From Bugula neritina (lineage: Eukaryota > Animalia > Bryozoa): a stretch of 64,000 nucleotides of DNA. The notes beneath the pieces were generated by a model, which searched no databases, was not told where the DNA came from, and worked only from the letters and a program-made list of their open reading frames with translations. The DNA is taken from contig OZ037771.1 in assembly GCA_964035545.1 (NCBI GenBank), positions 445,628 to 509,627 of the forward strand, written 5' to 3'. A program made the position numbers and the translations under genes. Shown here in pieces: positions 26,001 to 42,802 of the stretch. The number at the start of each line of letters is the position of its first letter. The stretch's first letter is position 1.

Positions 26001-29000
26001 AGTACACTATATACATTACAGTACACTATACACACTACAGTACACTACACACATTACAGTACACTACACGCACTACAGTACACTATACGCACTACAGTAC
26101 ACTATAGACAGTACACTACACACTACACGCACTACAGTACACTATACACACTACAGTACACTATAGACAGTACACTACACACTACACGCACTACAGTACA
26201 CTATACACACAACAGTACACTATATACACTACAGTACACTATACATACTACAGTACACTATGCACACTACAGTAAACTATACATACTACAGTACACTATA
26301 CATACTACAGTACACTACACACTACAGTACGCTGTTTTAGGAAGAGTACTATCACATGTTGGCTGAAAAGATTTATAAGATACAGAAAGAGTTGGAAGAA
26401 AAGCGGAAGTCTCGACGTCAACAAACGCTCAATATGCAAGGACCTGTCGGTCAACCGTCTCTGCCCCAACAACCTCAGCAAGGAGCACCTCATCAGCCCC
26501 TGTCTGCTGGTCTACACCAGTCACAGGTGCCAGGTGTACACAACTCCATGTCCAGTATGAATGGTATGCTTCACTTACTCACATCTCACCACATTGCACT
26601 TCACATTCATCACCATTGTTAGTATATCCAGTGACCATCAGTATAACTGAAACGTCCTCTCCATGTAGGTCCAGTGTCTCAGCAGTCATCTGGTCCTGGC
26701 TCTGTGCCCAGCTACTCAGGTCCTCCCTCAGTTGGACCACACAGCATTGCCTCTGCTTCCATGATGAGTCCCCCCATGTCCGTGCCGCCTCCCCCAATCT
26801 CCAATTCGGGATCAACGGGGGTGTCCGTGTCTATGGCATTACAGGAGAGCAAGAATGAGTTCAACGAGGCCCTGCGCAAGCAGCAGCTTCAGCATAATGT
26901 GAAAAACGTGAGTTTTTTTCGGCCTATCTTACAATACATCCTTTCTATATTCTCCCATCGCCCTTCCTATATCTTCTCTAAATTCTCTCACTACAAACCT
27001 CTTTTCAACTTGCAGGATTTCAAGGCAGAGTTGAAGCAAGAAATCAAATCTGAACCCGGTGTGCCAATGGATGCTTTACCAGAGTCGACAGAGAATATCA
27101 AAGCTGAAGTTAAATCAGAAAAGCAGATCAAGGTTTGTTGATCCCTTTCATTGCTGAGCATTGTTGTCCTCTCTTCTCCTCACCAGGGGCTCAGGTGGTG
27201 ACCATCACTGTGTGTAATGCCTGTTTGTATTGCAGGAGGAGCCGCGCAGTGGCGTCAGTCCAAAGTCGGAGATGAAAGACTCGAAGGAGGAGCCGAAGCC
27301 AGCCACGCCCTCTGGTCAGAAGACTCCCGCCCAGAGGAAGGTGTACACAGCGGAGGAGCTGAGACAGACCTTCATCCCTGTTATTGAGAAGTTGCTCAAA
27401 CAAGACGAGTCAATGCCTTTCCGGCAGCCGGTTGACGCTATTCAGCTGAGTATTCCTGTGAGTATCCACTCCGAGTAAATATAATATATGTTATACAGTT
27501 CATAGAGTAAATATAGTATACGGAGTATATTATAGAGTATATATTATAAAGTATATAGTATATATTATACAGTTCATAGAGTATATAGTATATATTGTAG
27601 AGTTTATATAGTAGAGTTTATATAGTATATAGTATATAGAGTTTATAGAGTATATAGAGTATATAGAGTACTAAGGATTGTACTCTCCCACTTAGGACTA
27701 CTATGATATTATCAAACACCCGATGGACCTGGCCACCATAAAGGAGAAACTAGACACGGGGAAGTACACCGACCCGTGGGAATATTGTGATGACGTGTGG
27801 CTGATGTTTGACAACGCCTGGTCGTACAATCGCAAGACCTCCAGAGTATACAAGTGGTGTTCCAAGGTGAGAAGGTGTTTCCCTGTGGCTTATGTTGTTA
27901 CACATGTGTTGCTACACTGATGGTTTACTTGTTACACAAGTGTTAGTGCATGTGTAGGTTCACATCTGTGTAACCTGCTGTGTGTGCTGTAGTTGGCGGA
28001 GGTGTTTGAGGGAGAGATTGACGTGGTTATGCAACGACTCGGCTACTGCTGTGGAAGGAAATACGTGTTTCATCCCCAGACTCTGTGTTGTTATGGTAAA
28101 CAGTTGTGCACAATCAACAGGGACCAAGTCTACTACAGCTATGAGAACCGGTAAGTCAGCTTCTCTCTCTCTGTACTGTGTGTCTATTGTATTGCAGATA
28201 TGTGTACTGTGTGTATATTGTGTTGCAGATATGTGTACTGTGTGTATATTGTGTTGCAGATATGTGTACTGTGTGTCTATTGTGTTGCAGATATGTGTAC
28301 TGTGTGTATATTGTGTTGCAGATATGTGTACTGTGTGTATATTGTGTTGCAGATATGTGTACTGTGTGTATATTGTGTTGCAGATATGTGTACTGTGTGT
28401 ATATTGTGTTGCAGATATGTGTACTGTGTGTATATTGTGTTGCAGATATGTGTACTGTGTGTATATTGTGTTGCAGATATGTGTACTGTGTGTATATTGT
28501 GTTGCAGATATGTGTACTGTGTGTATATTGTGTTGCAGATATGTGTACTGTGTGTATATTGTGTTGCAGATATGTGTACTGTGTGTATATTGTGTTGCAG
28601 ATATGTGTACTGTGTGTATATTGTGTTGCAGATATGTGTACTGTGTGTATATTGTGTTGCAGATATGTGTACTGTGTGTATATTGTGTTGCAGATATGTG
28701 TACTGTGTGTCTATTGTGTTGCAGATATGTGTACTGTGTGTATATTGTGTTGCAGATATGTGTACTGTGTGTATATTGTGTTGCAGATATGTGTACTCTG
28801 TGTATATTGTGTTGCAGATATGTGTACTGTGTGTATATTGTGTTGCAGATATGTGTACTGTGTGTATATTGTGTTGCAGATATGTGTACTGTGAGAAATG
28901 CTTTGATGAAATACAGACAGACATTGTGAACTTATCCGACGACATTACAGGCAATCCTATTCAACTCCCCAAGACTTCCTTTATCAAGTCCAAGGTATGC

Positions 29001-32000
29001 TATCACGTTGAATTTTTTATATCAAGGATAGATATTTCAATCAGTAGTTTAGTTATACTCTCACATCACTATACTAGTAGTGCTTAGAGTATATGATAAA
29101 CTCTCACATCACTATACTAGTAGTGCTGAGAGTATATGATAAACTCTCACATCACTATACTAGTAGTGCTGAGAGTATATGATAAACTACCACATCACTA
29201 TACTAGTAGTGCTGGGGGTATATGATAAACTCTCACATCACTATACTAGTAGTGCTGGGAGTATATGATAAACTACCACATCACTATACTAGTAGTGCTG
29301 GGGGTATATGATAAACTATCACATCACTATACTAGTAGTGCTGAGAGTATATAATAAGCTACCACATCACTATACTAGTAGTGCTGGGGGTATATGATAA
29401 ACTACCACATCACTATACTAGTAGTGCTGGGAGTATATGATAAACTACCACATCACTATACTAGTAGTGCTTAGAGTATATGATATACTACCACATCACT
29501 ATACTAGTAGTGCTTAGACTATATGATAAACTACCACATCACTATACTAGTAGTGCTGGGAGTATATGATAAACTACCACATCACTATACTAGTAGTGCT
29601 TAGAGTATATGATATACTACCACATCACTATACTAGTAGTGCTTAGACTATATGATAAACTACCACATCACTATACTAGTAGTGCTGGGAGTATATGATA
29701 AACTACCACATCACTATACTAGTAGTGCTGGGGGTATATGATAAACTACCACATCACTATACTAGTAGTGCTGGGAGTATATGATAAACTAATAAGTTGT
29801 GCTCCTTGCAGAACGATCATCTAGACCTGGAGAAGTTCTCCATATGTACAGACTGCGGGAGGAAGCTGCATAACATCTGTGTGCAGCACATGGACGCCAT
29901 CTGGCCTCAGGGCTTTACCTGTGAAAACTGTCTCAAAACCAAAGGTGCTAAAAGAAAGGAAAATAGATTCACAGCCAAACGTAAGTCTGAGTTTTAACCC
30001 CACCAGCACATCATAGTTATTGAGTATGTTGGTTTATATTTATATGTTAGTGTGCTACTGTAAACTCTAACACTGGCACTCTCTGTTTACAGGTTTACCC
30101 AGCTGCAAGCTCAGTGTCTTCCTAGAGTCCAGGGTTAACAACTACTTGAAGAAGAACAGCATAGCAGCTGGTGAAGTCACTATCCGGGTGTTGGCTTCTG
30201 GAGACAAGGAAACAGAGGTTAAACCCGGTATGAAGGAGCGGTTCCCCAACCTGCCCAACTCCTATCCGTATCGCACTAAGGCTATGTTTGCATTTGAAGA
30301 GATCAATGGCCAGGAAGTGTGTTTCTTTGGCATGCATGTTCAGGAGTATGACGACAAGTGTGTACAGCCAAACAGAGGCAGGGTGTACATATCATACCTG
30401 GACTCTGTGCACTTCTTCCAGCCCAGGGAATACCGTACAGCAGTCTACCACGAGATACTCATTGGCTATCTGGACTACTGCAAGTCTATTGGATTCAACT
30501 GGGGCCACATATGGGCGTGTCCCCCGTCTGAAGGAGATGACTACATCTTCCATTGCCATCCTTCAGAGCAGAAGATCCCTAAACCAAAGAGATTGCAAGA
30601 CTGGTACAAGAGAATGCTGGATAAGGTACCTTTCTAGCCATTCAGTTGCTGTTCATGTGTCAAATAGTACAGCCTTGGAACCTGTTACACCGCATTGCAT
30701 TATGTACCTGTAACACTTCTGAGCTGTTGTTATTCTGTCTACCTGTAACCCTTGTAGGCTATACTGGAAGGTGTGATTATGGACTACAAGGATATCTACA
30801 AAGACGCTATGGAGAAGAGTCTCGGCTGTGCCACTGATGTGCCCTACTTTGAAGGTGACTTCTGGCCCAATGTGCTGGAAGAGAGCATCAAGGTAAGTGA
30901 TATTTCCCACAGTACCGGGGAGTTTTCCACCTCTGTCTTTGCTGTCATGAATGAGAGTGATGAGAATACTGACTGGTTTGTAGGAGTTGGAGCAGGAGGA
31001 GGAGGAGAAGAGAAAGAGAGAGGAAGAGGAAGCAGCTGCTGCTCAGGAGGATGAGGCGGAGCTTGTGGGCGACGGCGAGGAGAACAGCGTAGACGCCAGC
31101 ACAGCCGGCGGCAAGAAACACGGCAAGAAGGCCGGCCAGAAGAAGAAAGGAAACAAAAAAGCGAGTACGAGGAAAAGCAGCAAGAAATCTCATCAACAAA
31201 ATGGTTCTGATCTCACATCTAAGGTGTGTTTGTGTTTGACTGTAGATTCTCTCTACTACATCTACTCTCTACTACATCTACTCTCTCTACTTCATCTACT
31301 CTCTCTACTTCATCTACTCTCTCTCTCTCTACATCTACTCTCTCTACTACATCTACTCTCTCTACTACATCTACTCTCTCTACTACATCTACTCTCTCTA
31401 CTACATCTACTCTCTCTACTACATCTACTCTCTCTACTACATCTACTCTCTACTACATCTACTCTCTCTACTACATCTACTCTCTCTACTACATCTACTC
31501 TCTACTACATCTACTCTCTACTACATCTACTCTCTCTACTACATCTACTCTCTACTACATCTACTCTCTACTACATCTACTCTCTCTACTACATCTACTC
31601 TCTCTACTACATCTACTCTCTCTACATCTACTCTCTCTACTACATCTACTCTCTCTACATCTACTCTCTCTACTACATCTACTCTCTCTACTACATCTAC
31701 TCTCTCTACTACATCTACTCTCTCTACTACATCTACTCTCTCTACTACATCTACTCTCTCTACATCTACTCTCTACTACATCTATTCTCTCTACTACATC
31801 TACTCTCTCTCTACTACATCTACTCTCTCTACTACATCTACTCTCTACTACATCTACTCTCTACTACATCTACTCTCTACTACATCTATTCTCTCTACTA
31901 CATCTACTCTCTCTACTACATCTACTCTCTCTACATCTACTCTCTCTACTACATCTACTCTCTCTACATCTACTCTCTCTACTACATCTACTCTCTCTAC

Positions 32001-35000
32001 TACATCTACTCTCTCTACTACATCTACTCTCTCTACTACATCTACTCTCTCTACTACATCTACTCTCTCTACTACATCTACTCTCTCTACTACATCTACT
32101 CTCTCTACATCTACTCTCTACTACATCTATTCTCTCTACTACATCTACTCTCTCTCTACTACATCTACTCTCTCTACTACATCTACTCTCTACTACATCT
32201 ACTCTCTACTACATCTACTCTCTACTACATCTATTCTCTCTACTACATCTACTCTCTCTACTACATCTACTCTCTCTACATCTACTCTCTCTACTACATC
32301 TACTCTCTCTACATCTACTCTCTCTACTACATCTACTCTCTCTACTACATCTACTCTCTCTACTACATCTACTCTCTCTACTACATCTACTCTCTCTACT
32401 ACATCTACTCTCTCTACTACATCTACTCTCTCTACTACATCTACTCTCTACTACATCTACTCTCTCTACTACATCTACTCTCTCTACTACATCTACTCTC
32501 TCTACATCTACTCTCTACTACATCTACTCTCTGCTACATCTACTCTCTCTCTCTACTACATCTACTCTCTCTCTACATCTACTCTCTCTACTACATCTAC
32601 TCTCTCTACTACATCTACTCTCTACTACATCTACTCTCTCTCTACTACATCTACTCTCTACATCTACTTTCTCAACTACATCTACTCTCTTTCTCTCCAG
32701 GTTCTATCATCTATGGAAAAGTACCGAGAGGTATTCTTTGTAATAAGACTACAGCAACACGCCCTTAGCAGGCAGGACACGGTTGTGGATCCTGATCCCC
32801 TCATAGCCTGTGATCTGATGGACGGCAGAGATGCTTTCCTCACTATGGCGAGGGAAAAGCACTGGGAGTTCTCTACCCTGCGTAGGACCAAGTACAGCAC
32901 CATGGCTATGCTACACGAAATCCACAATTCTAGTAGAGACGCATTTGTGTACACGTGTAACGTGTGTAGAGGTCAGGTGGAGACCAGATATCACTGCTCA
33001 GTGTGCGAGGTGAGTGTCCCACAATGCAGTGTGCTCTCCCACAATGCAGTGTGCTGTCCCACAATACAGTGCAGTGTCCCACAATACAATGCAGTGTCCC
33101 ATAATGCAGTGCACTGTGCCAAGTCACCACTAAGTGCATGTGAACCTGTTGCAGGACTTTGACCTGTGTGTGCCGTGCTACCAGAAGGAGAAGCACCAGC
33201 ACCCGATGGAGAGACTAGGACTGGATCTGGATGGGGACAGCTCAGCTGACTCAGCCAACATGCAGTCTCCAGCTGAGTCTCGCAAACAGAACATACAGAG
33301 GTGTATCCAGCAGCTTGTACACGCCTGTCAGTGCAGAGATGCTAACTGCAGACTGACGAGCTGCATTAAGATGAAGAAGGTGGTGAATCACACCCTCAAG
33401 TGTGCGGTGAGTAGAGTATGTGACTCTGTATATCATGTGACTCTGTGTATCGTGTGACTCTGTATATCATGTGACTCTGTGTATCATGTGACTCTGTGTA
33501 TTATGTGACTGTGTGTCGTGTGACTCACTTGTTGCTGACTTTGCTCTGTAGAAGAAGACTCAGGGTGGATGTGCGTCTTGCAAACAACTGGTCACACTCT
33601 GCTGCCTTCACGCTAAGAGCTGCAACGAGAGCAAGTGTTCCGTTCCATTCTGTCTGAGTATCAAACGCAAACTCAAACAGCAGCAGAGCACCGCCAGAAA
33701 GAAACAAGCTAACTTGTTGCGTCGTCGTATGAAAGCAATGATAACCCCTAGTCAGAACTCTTCCAGTGCCACCCCTCCCTCAAATCACGTTGGTGCCGGG
33801 GCTAATAAACTGCAACATTCCAGTTCACAGTCTTCACTCAGTAAGTTTTATGCTAAACAACAACTAACACTCTTACTCTGTATTATACAGGAACCTGGTC
33901 CATATCAAACTAACACTCTTACTCTGTATTATACAGGAATCTGGTCCTTATCAAACTAACACTCTTACTCTGTATTATACAGGAACCTGGTCCATATCAA
34001 ACTAACACTCTTACTCTGTATTATACAGGAACCTGGTCCATATCAAACTAACACTCTTACTCTGTATTATATAGGCCAAGAACCTAGTCCATATCAAACT
34101 GGCAAAGCACTGCAGCCAGCAGCACCTCCAGCTGCCGTGTCAGCAGCTCAACACGCAATGAACGCTGCCATGCAGCAGACGCAGGGGCCTTCCACAGTTG
34201 GCATGGCTGGTAGTGGAAAGAACATTGGTCAGATGGCGGGGGGCTCCATGACTGCCACTCCTCCCCCTCACATGTCCTCCGCCATGGGTATGAGTATGGG
34301 AATGGGTCAGCCAGGTCGACCTATGAATTCTGTCAACTCTAGTATGATGCAGCATCCTCCTGGCAGCAACTCTCAGGGCATGCAGAATATGATGTCTCAG
34401 TCAGCGCACCAACCAGGCTCCTCTCAGGTGCGTGTCTGTCTGTCTACGTCGTCATCTCAATACACTCCGTTCTTTTCTAAATACTTTTTTCAGTTTCATA
34501 ACTTCAAACAGTTGCAAAACATTAAGAGTAAGCCATTTTCCTATTTTCTTGATTCGTGAAGTTGAAGTGTGCTGTTACAGATGAGCATGTACCGACACTC
34601 AATGGATGCTGACCCTATGATGCAACAGAGTTCTCATCCTCCTGGAATGATGCCGGCACAAGGTGCGTCACATGATCAATGGGGGAATTCTGTGCAGCAG
34701 CCGCCTCCTCCCGGCTACAGCAACGTGCCAATGCAGGCCAGAGGACAGCCACACATGCACGGTGAGTCGAGTCTTTATACTTCCTCGTGCCTTTTCTCCT
34801 CTACCTTCTCACCTCTACCTTCTCTCCTCTACCTTCTCTCCTCTGCCTCCTCTCCTCTGCCTTCTCACCTCTACCTTCTCTCCTCTACCTTCTCCTCTAC
34901 CTTCTCTCCTCTACCTCCTCTCCTCTGCCTTCTCACCTCTACCTTCTCTCCTCTGCCTTCTCACCTCTACCTTCTCTCCTCTACCTTCTCTCCTCTACCT

Positions 35001-36215
35001 TCTCTCCTCTGCCTTCTCTCCTCTGCCTTCTCACCTCTACCTTCTCTCCTCTGCCTTCTCTCCTCTGCCTCCTCTACCTTCTCTCCTCTGCCTCCTCTAC
35101 CTTCTCTCCTCTGCCTCCTCTACCTTCTCTCCTCTGCCTCCTCTACCTTCTCTCCTCTGCCTCCTCTACCTTCTCTCCTCTACCTTCTCTCCTCTACTTT
35201 CTCACCATGTCCTGACGGATGAACATTGTGTTTAGGTCAGCACCACCCCGGTATGCCCCCTGGAGGAATGAGTTCCATGCCACCAAATCAGCCAGCTATG
35301 GGAGGTGCTCCAGGAATGGGTGCCAGTGGAGGGATGACGGGCAACAACCAGAACCTGATGAAGATGCTGGAGTACCACCTGAAGTCTCCGAGTAGCCCTC
35401 AGCAGATCCAGGGGCTGATGGAGCTGCTGAAAAGGAACCCGGCGCTCATGGACGCCTACATCAAGCGCAAGAGTCAGAACCCTCAGGGGGCTCACGGGGC
35501 CCAGGGTCCCCCATCACACCGCCAACCCCCCGGTCACATGCCCAGTCATATGCCTCCTCACCCGTCCGCCCAGCAGCAGCAGATGAGGTCCGACGTGTGG
35601 CATCACCGAGCAGCCAATCCTATGCAGTCTGGCATGTACCAGCAGCAGAGTGCCGGATACCAACAGCAGCTGGGGCCGCGGGGCGGTATGATGCCCCCCG
35701 GCATGTCTCAGTATGGTGTGGTGGGGACACAGTCTAGGTATCACACGCCTCCAGATAATGCCTCTCTACCTCAGGTGATGGGTCAGGTGCCTCGTCAGCC
35801 TCTCCCTAATATGAGAGGGGCAGCACCTCCAGTTGGCGGGGGAGTTTCCGGACAAGGTGGAATGTCAGGTATGCTGCACAATCAGCTGATGCAGCAAGTT
35901 GTAAGATCACCAAACACTTCTCACCCGCAGCACACTCGCTCTCCCCAACCATCTCAACCCCCGTCCCAGTCTCCCCGTCAGCAGGTTTCCGCCCCTTCCC
36001 CGGCTATGCTGTCCTCAGACGGCACTGTCATTGGTTCCATGATGCAGCAGGGACCCGGCACTCCAGGCGCCAACCACTCCTACCCTAACATAAACCCACC
36101 TAATAGCACCCAGCAACCTGACTACGATACTCAAGGCTATGGGACCGTCCCTCCTAACCCCCCTCAACAGAACAATGGGTCCGAGGCCCTGGACAACTTT
36201 CTAAACAGTTTGTAG
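23031..36215 (+). CDS. CREBBP: CREB-binding protein / p300 histone acetyltransferase, about 24 coding exons
   Basis: [11 protein letters not shown], LxxLL (LTALL), TAZ1 ([14 protein letters not shown]), KIX ([22 protein letters not shown]), bromodomain (PFRQPVD...MDLATIK), RING/PHD, HAT ([37 protein letters not shown]), ZZ, TAZ2 and NCBD-like (LKSPSSPQQ...[13 protein letters not shown]) in canonical order. Confidence 0.97.
25908..26330. repeat. ~20-nt intronic minisatellite (cactacagtacactatacac) in the CBP KIX intron
   Basis: Direct periodicity. Confidence 0.9.
28172..28893 (+). repeat. 31-nt minisatellite, 23 copies of the acceptor plus exon start (tgtgttgcag|atatgtgtactgtgtgtatat) in a CBP RING-domain intron
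   Basis: AG ends every 31 nt from 28197 to 28879; the last is followed by [11 protein letters not shown]. Confidence 0.97.
29057..29790. repeat. 43-nt intronic minisatellite (cacatcactatactagtagtgct...tatatgataaactac)
   Basis: About 17 copies. Confidence 0.93.
31247..32695. repeat. ~18-nt pyrimidine-rich intronic minisatellite (ctactacatctactctct), about 1.45 kb
   Basis: Direct periodicity; almost G-free on the + strand. Confidence 0.95.
33862..34100 (+). repeat. 46-nt minisatellite, 5 copies of branchpoint (ctaac), acceptor and exon-derived sequence in CBP
   Basis: AG ends at 33890, 33936, 33982, 34028 and 34074; the unit contains gaacctggtccatatcaaact, matching exon sequence gaacctagtccatatcaaact. 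Confidence 0.9.
34790..35200. repeat. Polypyrimidine minisatellite (cctctaccttctct) in the last CBP intron
   Basis: Direct periodicity. Confidence 0.9.
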
Positions 36216-38039
36216 TATTTGTCTGTGTGGAAGTATAGACTAGAATGTCAAGGGGCACCTGTAAATATTAGTTTGATGTATCATGTAAAGTAATTATATT
36301 TCATATGTTGACATATTTTACTAGAGCTATATACATATATATATATATAATGAGAGGTGTCTCTCTTCATACTGTATTATATGAAGTGTGAGTACTTCTT
36401 TTATTTATTGATGTCATAGTTAACTCATTGGATTATAGTACAGTAGTTGAGCTAACATCCACCCACATGTATACTAGTGTTAACAATACCATTATTTGTA
36501 TCATATACCCACAATACCATTATATATACACCAGAGTTATTTCTTCAAGGTCTGCGCAAATGAAGCCATAATTTGAATAATGTCCATATCAACATGTATT
36601 TCTAGTGCAGTGCTACAGTTGCATTGGTTCTTGTATTATATTATATAGACTCTACTTTTCATACTATATTTATTACATCACTTGTTTGGAGGACTATTGA
36701 GATGTGTAGATACAGACCTTATAGAATCTTGGAATAAATTTATTATGCTGCTTTCTTACTCCACAAGCTTGGCCTTAGTGGATAGTCTACCTTCATTTTT
36801 TACTGTACATTTTAGTGTTGTTAATATTTACATATAGCACTTAAACTTCTGTTAGCTTTTCAGACAAATATTTAATATAGTTGTTAGTATAAAATGTCGC
36901 TGAGATTATTATGTACTATAATCATTGCAACTTGTGTAAATTTAATATATCGTAGGAATAACTCTTGTTTAATGGTTTTCTTTTGAATTATTATACACAT
37001 GTATGTAAGAGAATAATATTTTAATTCATTCATATGAACATATATTATGGAGAGATTATTTTATTTAAACTGTATATATTGTATAATTAATTCATTTATT
37101 TTATTCTGATAGCTCAAAGTCCTATAAATTTCTTGTATTTGAGCTCAAATCTTGATCATACTATGTTAATCTACAAATAGCATAGTATGTATATAACACT
37201 AATGTATTAACTATTTATATTTAAAGAGTGCCTATGTACCAAACCTGCATTATTCATGTACAGAACAAAAATAAATACAAAACTCGTCACCTGCTAGCCT
37301 TGTTTTAGTCATACTTCAAGTAGAAGAAGTAGAAGGATACGTTGAGCTCTTGGGGTTCTAAGGAGCTTCTTTGCAGGTTAACTAATAGTATATTTGCTAT
37401 ATAACGTAGTGCAACTGCAAGCCAAGTATTTGTTGCAATCCTCTATCTCTAGTTGAACTTACAGTAACCAAATAGCTGCACTGCTACTTGAATTCCTTAA
37501 TACTGCCACTTTCAAATATAAAAAACTACAGCAATATTTCATAATTTTCTACTCTATGGGAGTTTGACCTCCTGAGATCGAACAATTCTGGCAAGTGTTG
37601 AAAACTCAATGTGATAATTATTTCATCTCCAAACCATGCTGGAGACAAATAGAGATTAAGTAGATGTATAGCTACACATGTATGGGCATCTATTTTACCC
37701 ACTTGGGTTACATGTCGATTGCCTTGTTTTCTATTATAGTATTTCTTGGTTTACAATTGGCCTGAACTGCACTGCATGTACCTACCTCACATGATAGCTA
37801 AAGCAGGTATTGGCTAAAACTGGTTACCTTTATGGCACTTCTCCACTTCACCAACCATACAGTTAAAAATTGCTAGAAAATGGAGCTGTGTTCACTCCTT
37901 TTTATTGGATGACATGATGTGTAGAGGATGTATTACTGCATCAGTTGTACTCTGGAATTGTCTTAACATGCCAGCTTTCCCTTATAGATGATCTATATTT
38001 AGGACTTATGTGCCCCTTGTGTTTTTGTGATTACCCAGA

Positions 38040-38128
38040 GGCCCCTGTGGTGTAATAATTAAAGCGTCTGCTTGCAAGCCGGAGTAAGGTCTTGGGTTCG
38101 AATCCCAGCGGGGGGGGGGGGGGGGGGA
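38040..38128 (+). mobile_element. tRNA-like element (SINE head or tRNA pseudogene)
   Basis: A-box-like tggtgtaataattaaagcg and B-box ggttcgaatccc; stems are degenerate and it is followed by poly-G. Confidence 0.5.
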
Positions 38129-39359
38129 GAAGGGGGGAATAATTTCATGTATATTAAACTAAATGAATTAAATTTATTCACAGGATAGATAAGGGCAGCC
38201 TTCTAGCTGTAATTGCCTTGTTAAGTTTGCATTACTACTATTGAAGAATTCAGTAACATAAAATTTCAGCTAATTGTGCTACAATAAAATTTTCAATGTT
38301 TGTCTTTTGCAAAATTATAGAAACAAAACTGGCCACTTTTAGCCAATTTTGCTTAAAAATTTGATTTTTCAGTACCTGTAAAGTATCTCAACAGGAAAAC
38401 ATTATATCGGAATAAGAAAAGCACTATTGGGATTATAGGAAATTTTTTCATTGCATCTTTTCTATCTTTCCTACAACTTTTATAAATTTTCTAAAAACGA
38501 GTGATTTATACACTGAAAATGCTATATACTATACTAAAACATGTAGAGATGAGAAGATACTTTGCAGGCTTGCTAGCTGACAGGCTAGTGACTAGCTTGC
38601 TAATTCTTTTTTTCTTTTTATGGAGCAGTCATAAAGAAATATTGATAGATGATGCAGCCATTTTTGAGGTTGCTGTTTATTGGTTGCAGTTTGATCTCAG
38701 GCTAAACAATGACAAATAGGCAACATGCATACCACCCATGCACCGGCAGAACAATATCATACAAGAACTTGAACTACATTGTAGGAGAAATTTATGAATT
38801 ATTATTTAAGTCTCCATTGTACAAGTTCCCACAAACTTATTGATTATCAGTTTTATATGTGAAACAATGGCAATACAGGTATTGAATAGTTTTGACTGAC
38901 TGTTAGTAGAGGCTCACTTTTCCTTCATCTACACACTTACTCTTAACAGCGGCAAGATAAGTTCCTCTCTCACCTCACATGTAAAGTATACTTACACTAG
39001 TTTCAGTATATCTTGTATTGATTAAAATACTGATCTAAAGCTGCTAGAAAAGACAAGCTGAGATTTACACACATTAGCATTTACAATAATTTATGTAAAC
39101 TAGAGCTTGAGAGTAATTTTAATTTTCAAAATAAAAATAGCTGTGATGCAAGTTATTGTTAGCCTTTGAGGTTTTCCTTCGTTGCAAATATTTTCATTAG
39201 GCGAATGGGAAATCTATATTATGGAAATGTAGTGATAGCATGACTTTATTAAAATAAATTTTATTATTAATTTCATTGTAAAGTGTGCCTTGTTTGTCTG
39301 TAAGTTTTCTTATATCGAAATAACAAGAAATAACCTATTTTAAAAAGTATCAAGTTTGG

Positions 39360-42802
<3,443 letters not shown>

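Noticed and set aside
27982-29087. Long Cys-rich ORFs in all three + frames (metallothionein/keratin-like)
   Set aside because: They result from the stop-free 31-nt repeat inside a CBP intron.
29057-29790. CRISPR-like array (partly palindromic repeats of 30-45 nt, also 51082-51552)
   Set aside because: Units are head-to-tail with no unique spacers, there are no cas genes, and the context is a eukaryotic intron.
30987-32768. 593-aa and 505-aa ORFs
   Set aside because: A true CBP exon runs into a G-free repeat that contains no stop codons; GT at 31224 and AG at 32700 delimit the intron.
38040-38128. Functional tRNA gene
   Set aside because: The D-arm and anticodon stem do not pair properly and the 3' end runs into poly-G; a SINE head or pseudogene is more likely. 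tRNAscan-SE would settle this.
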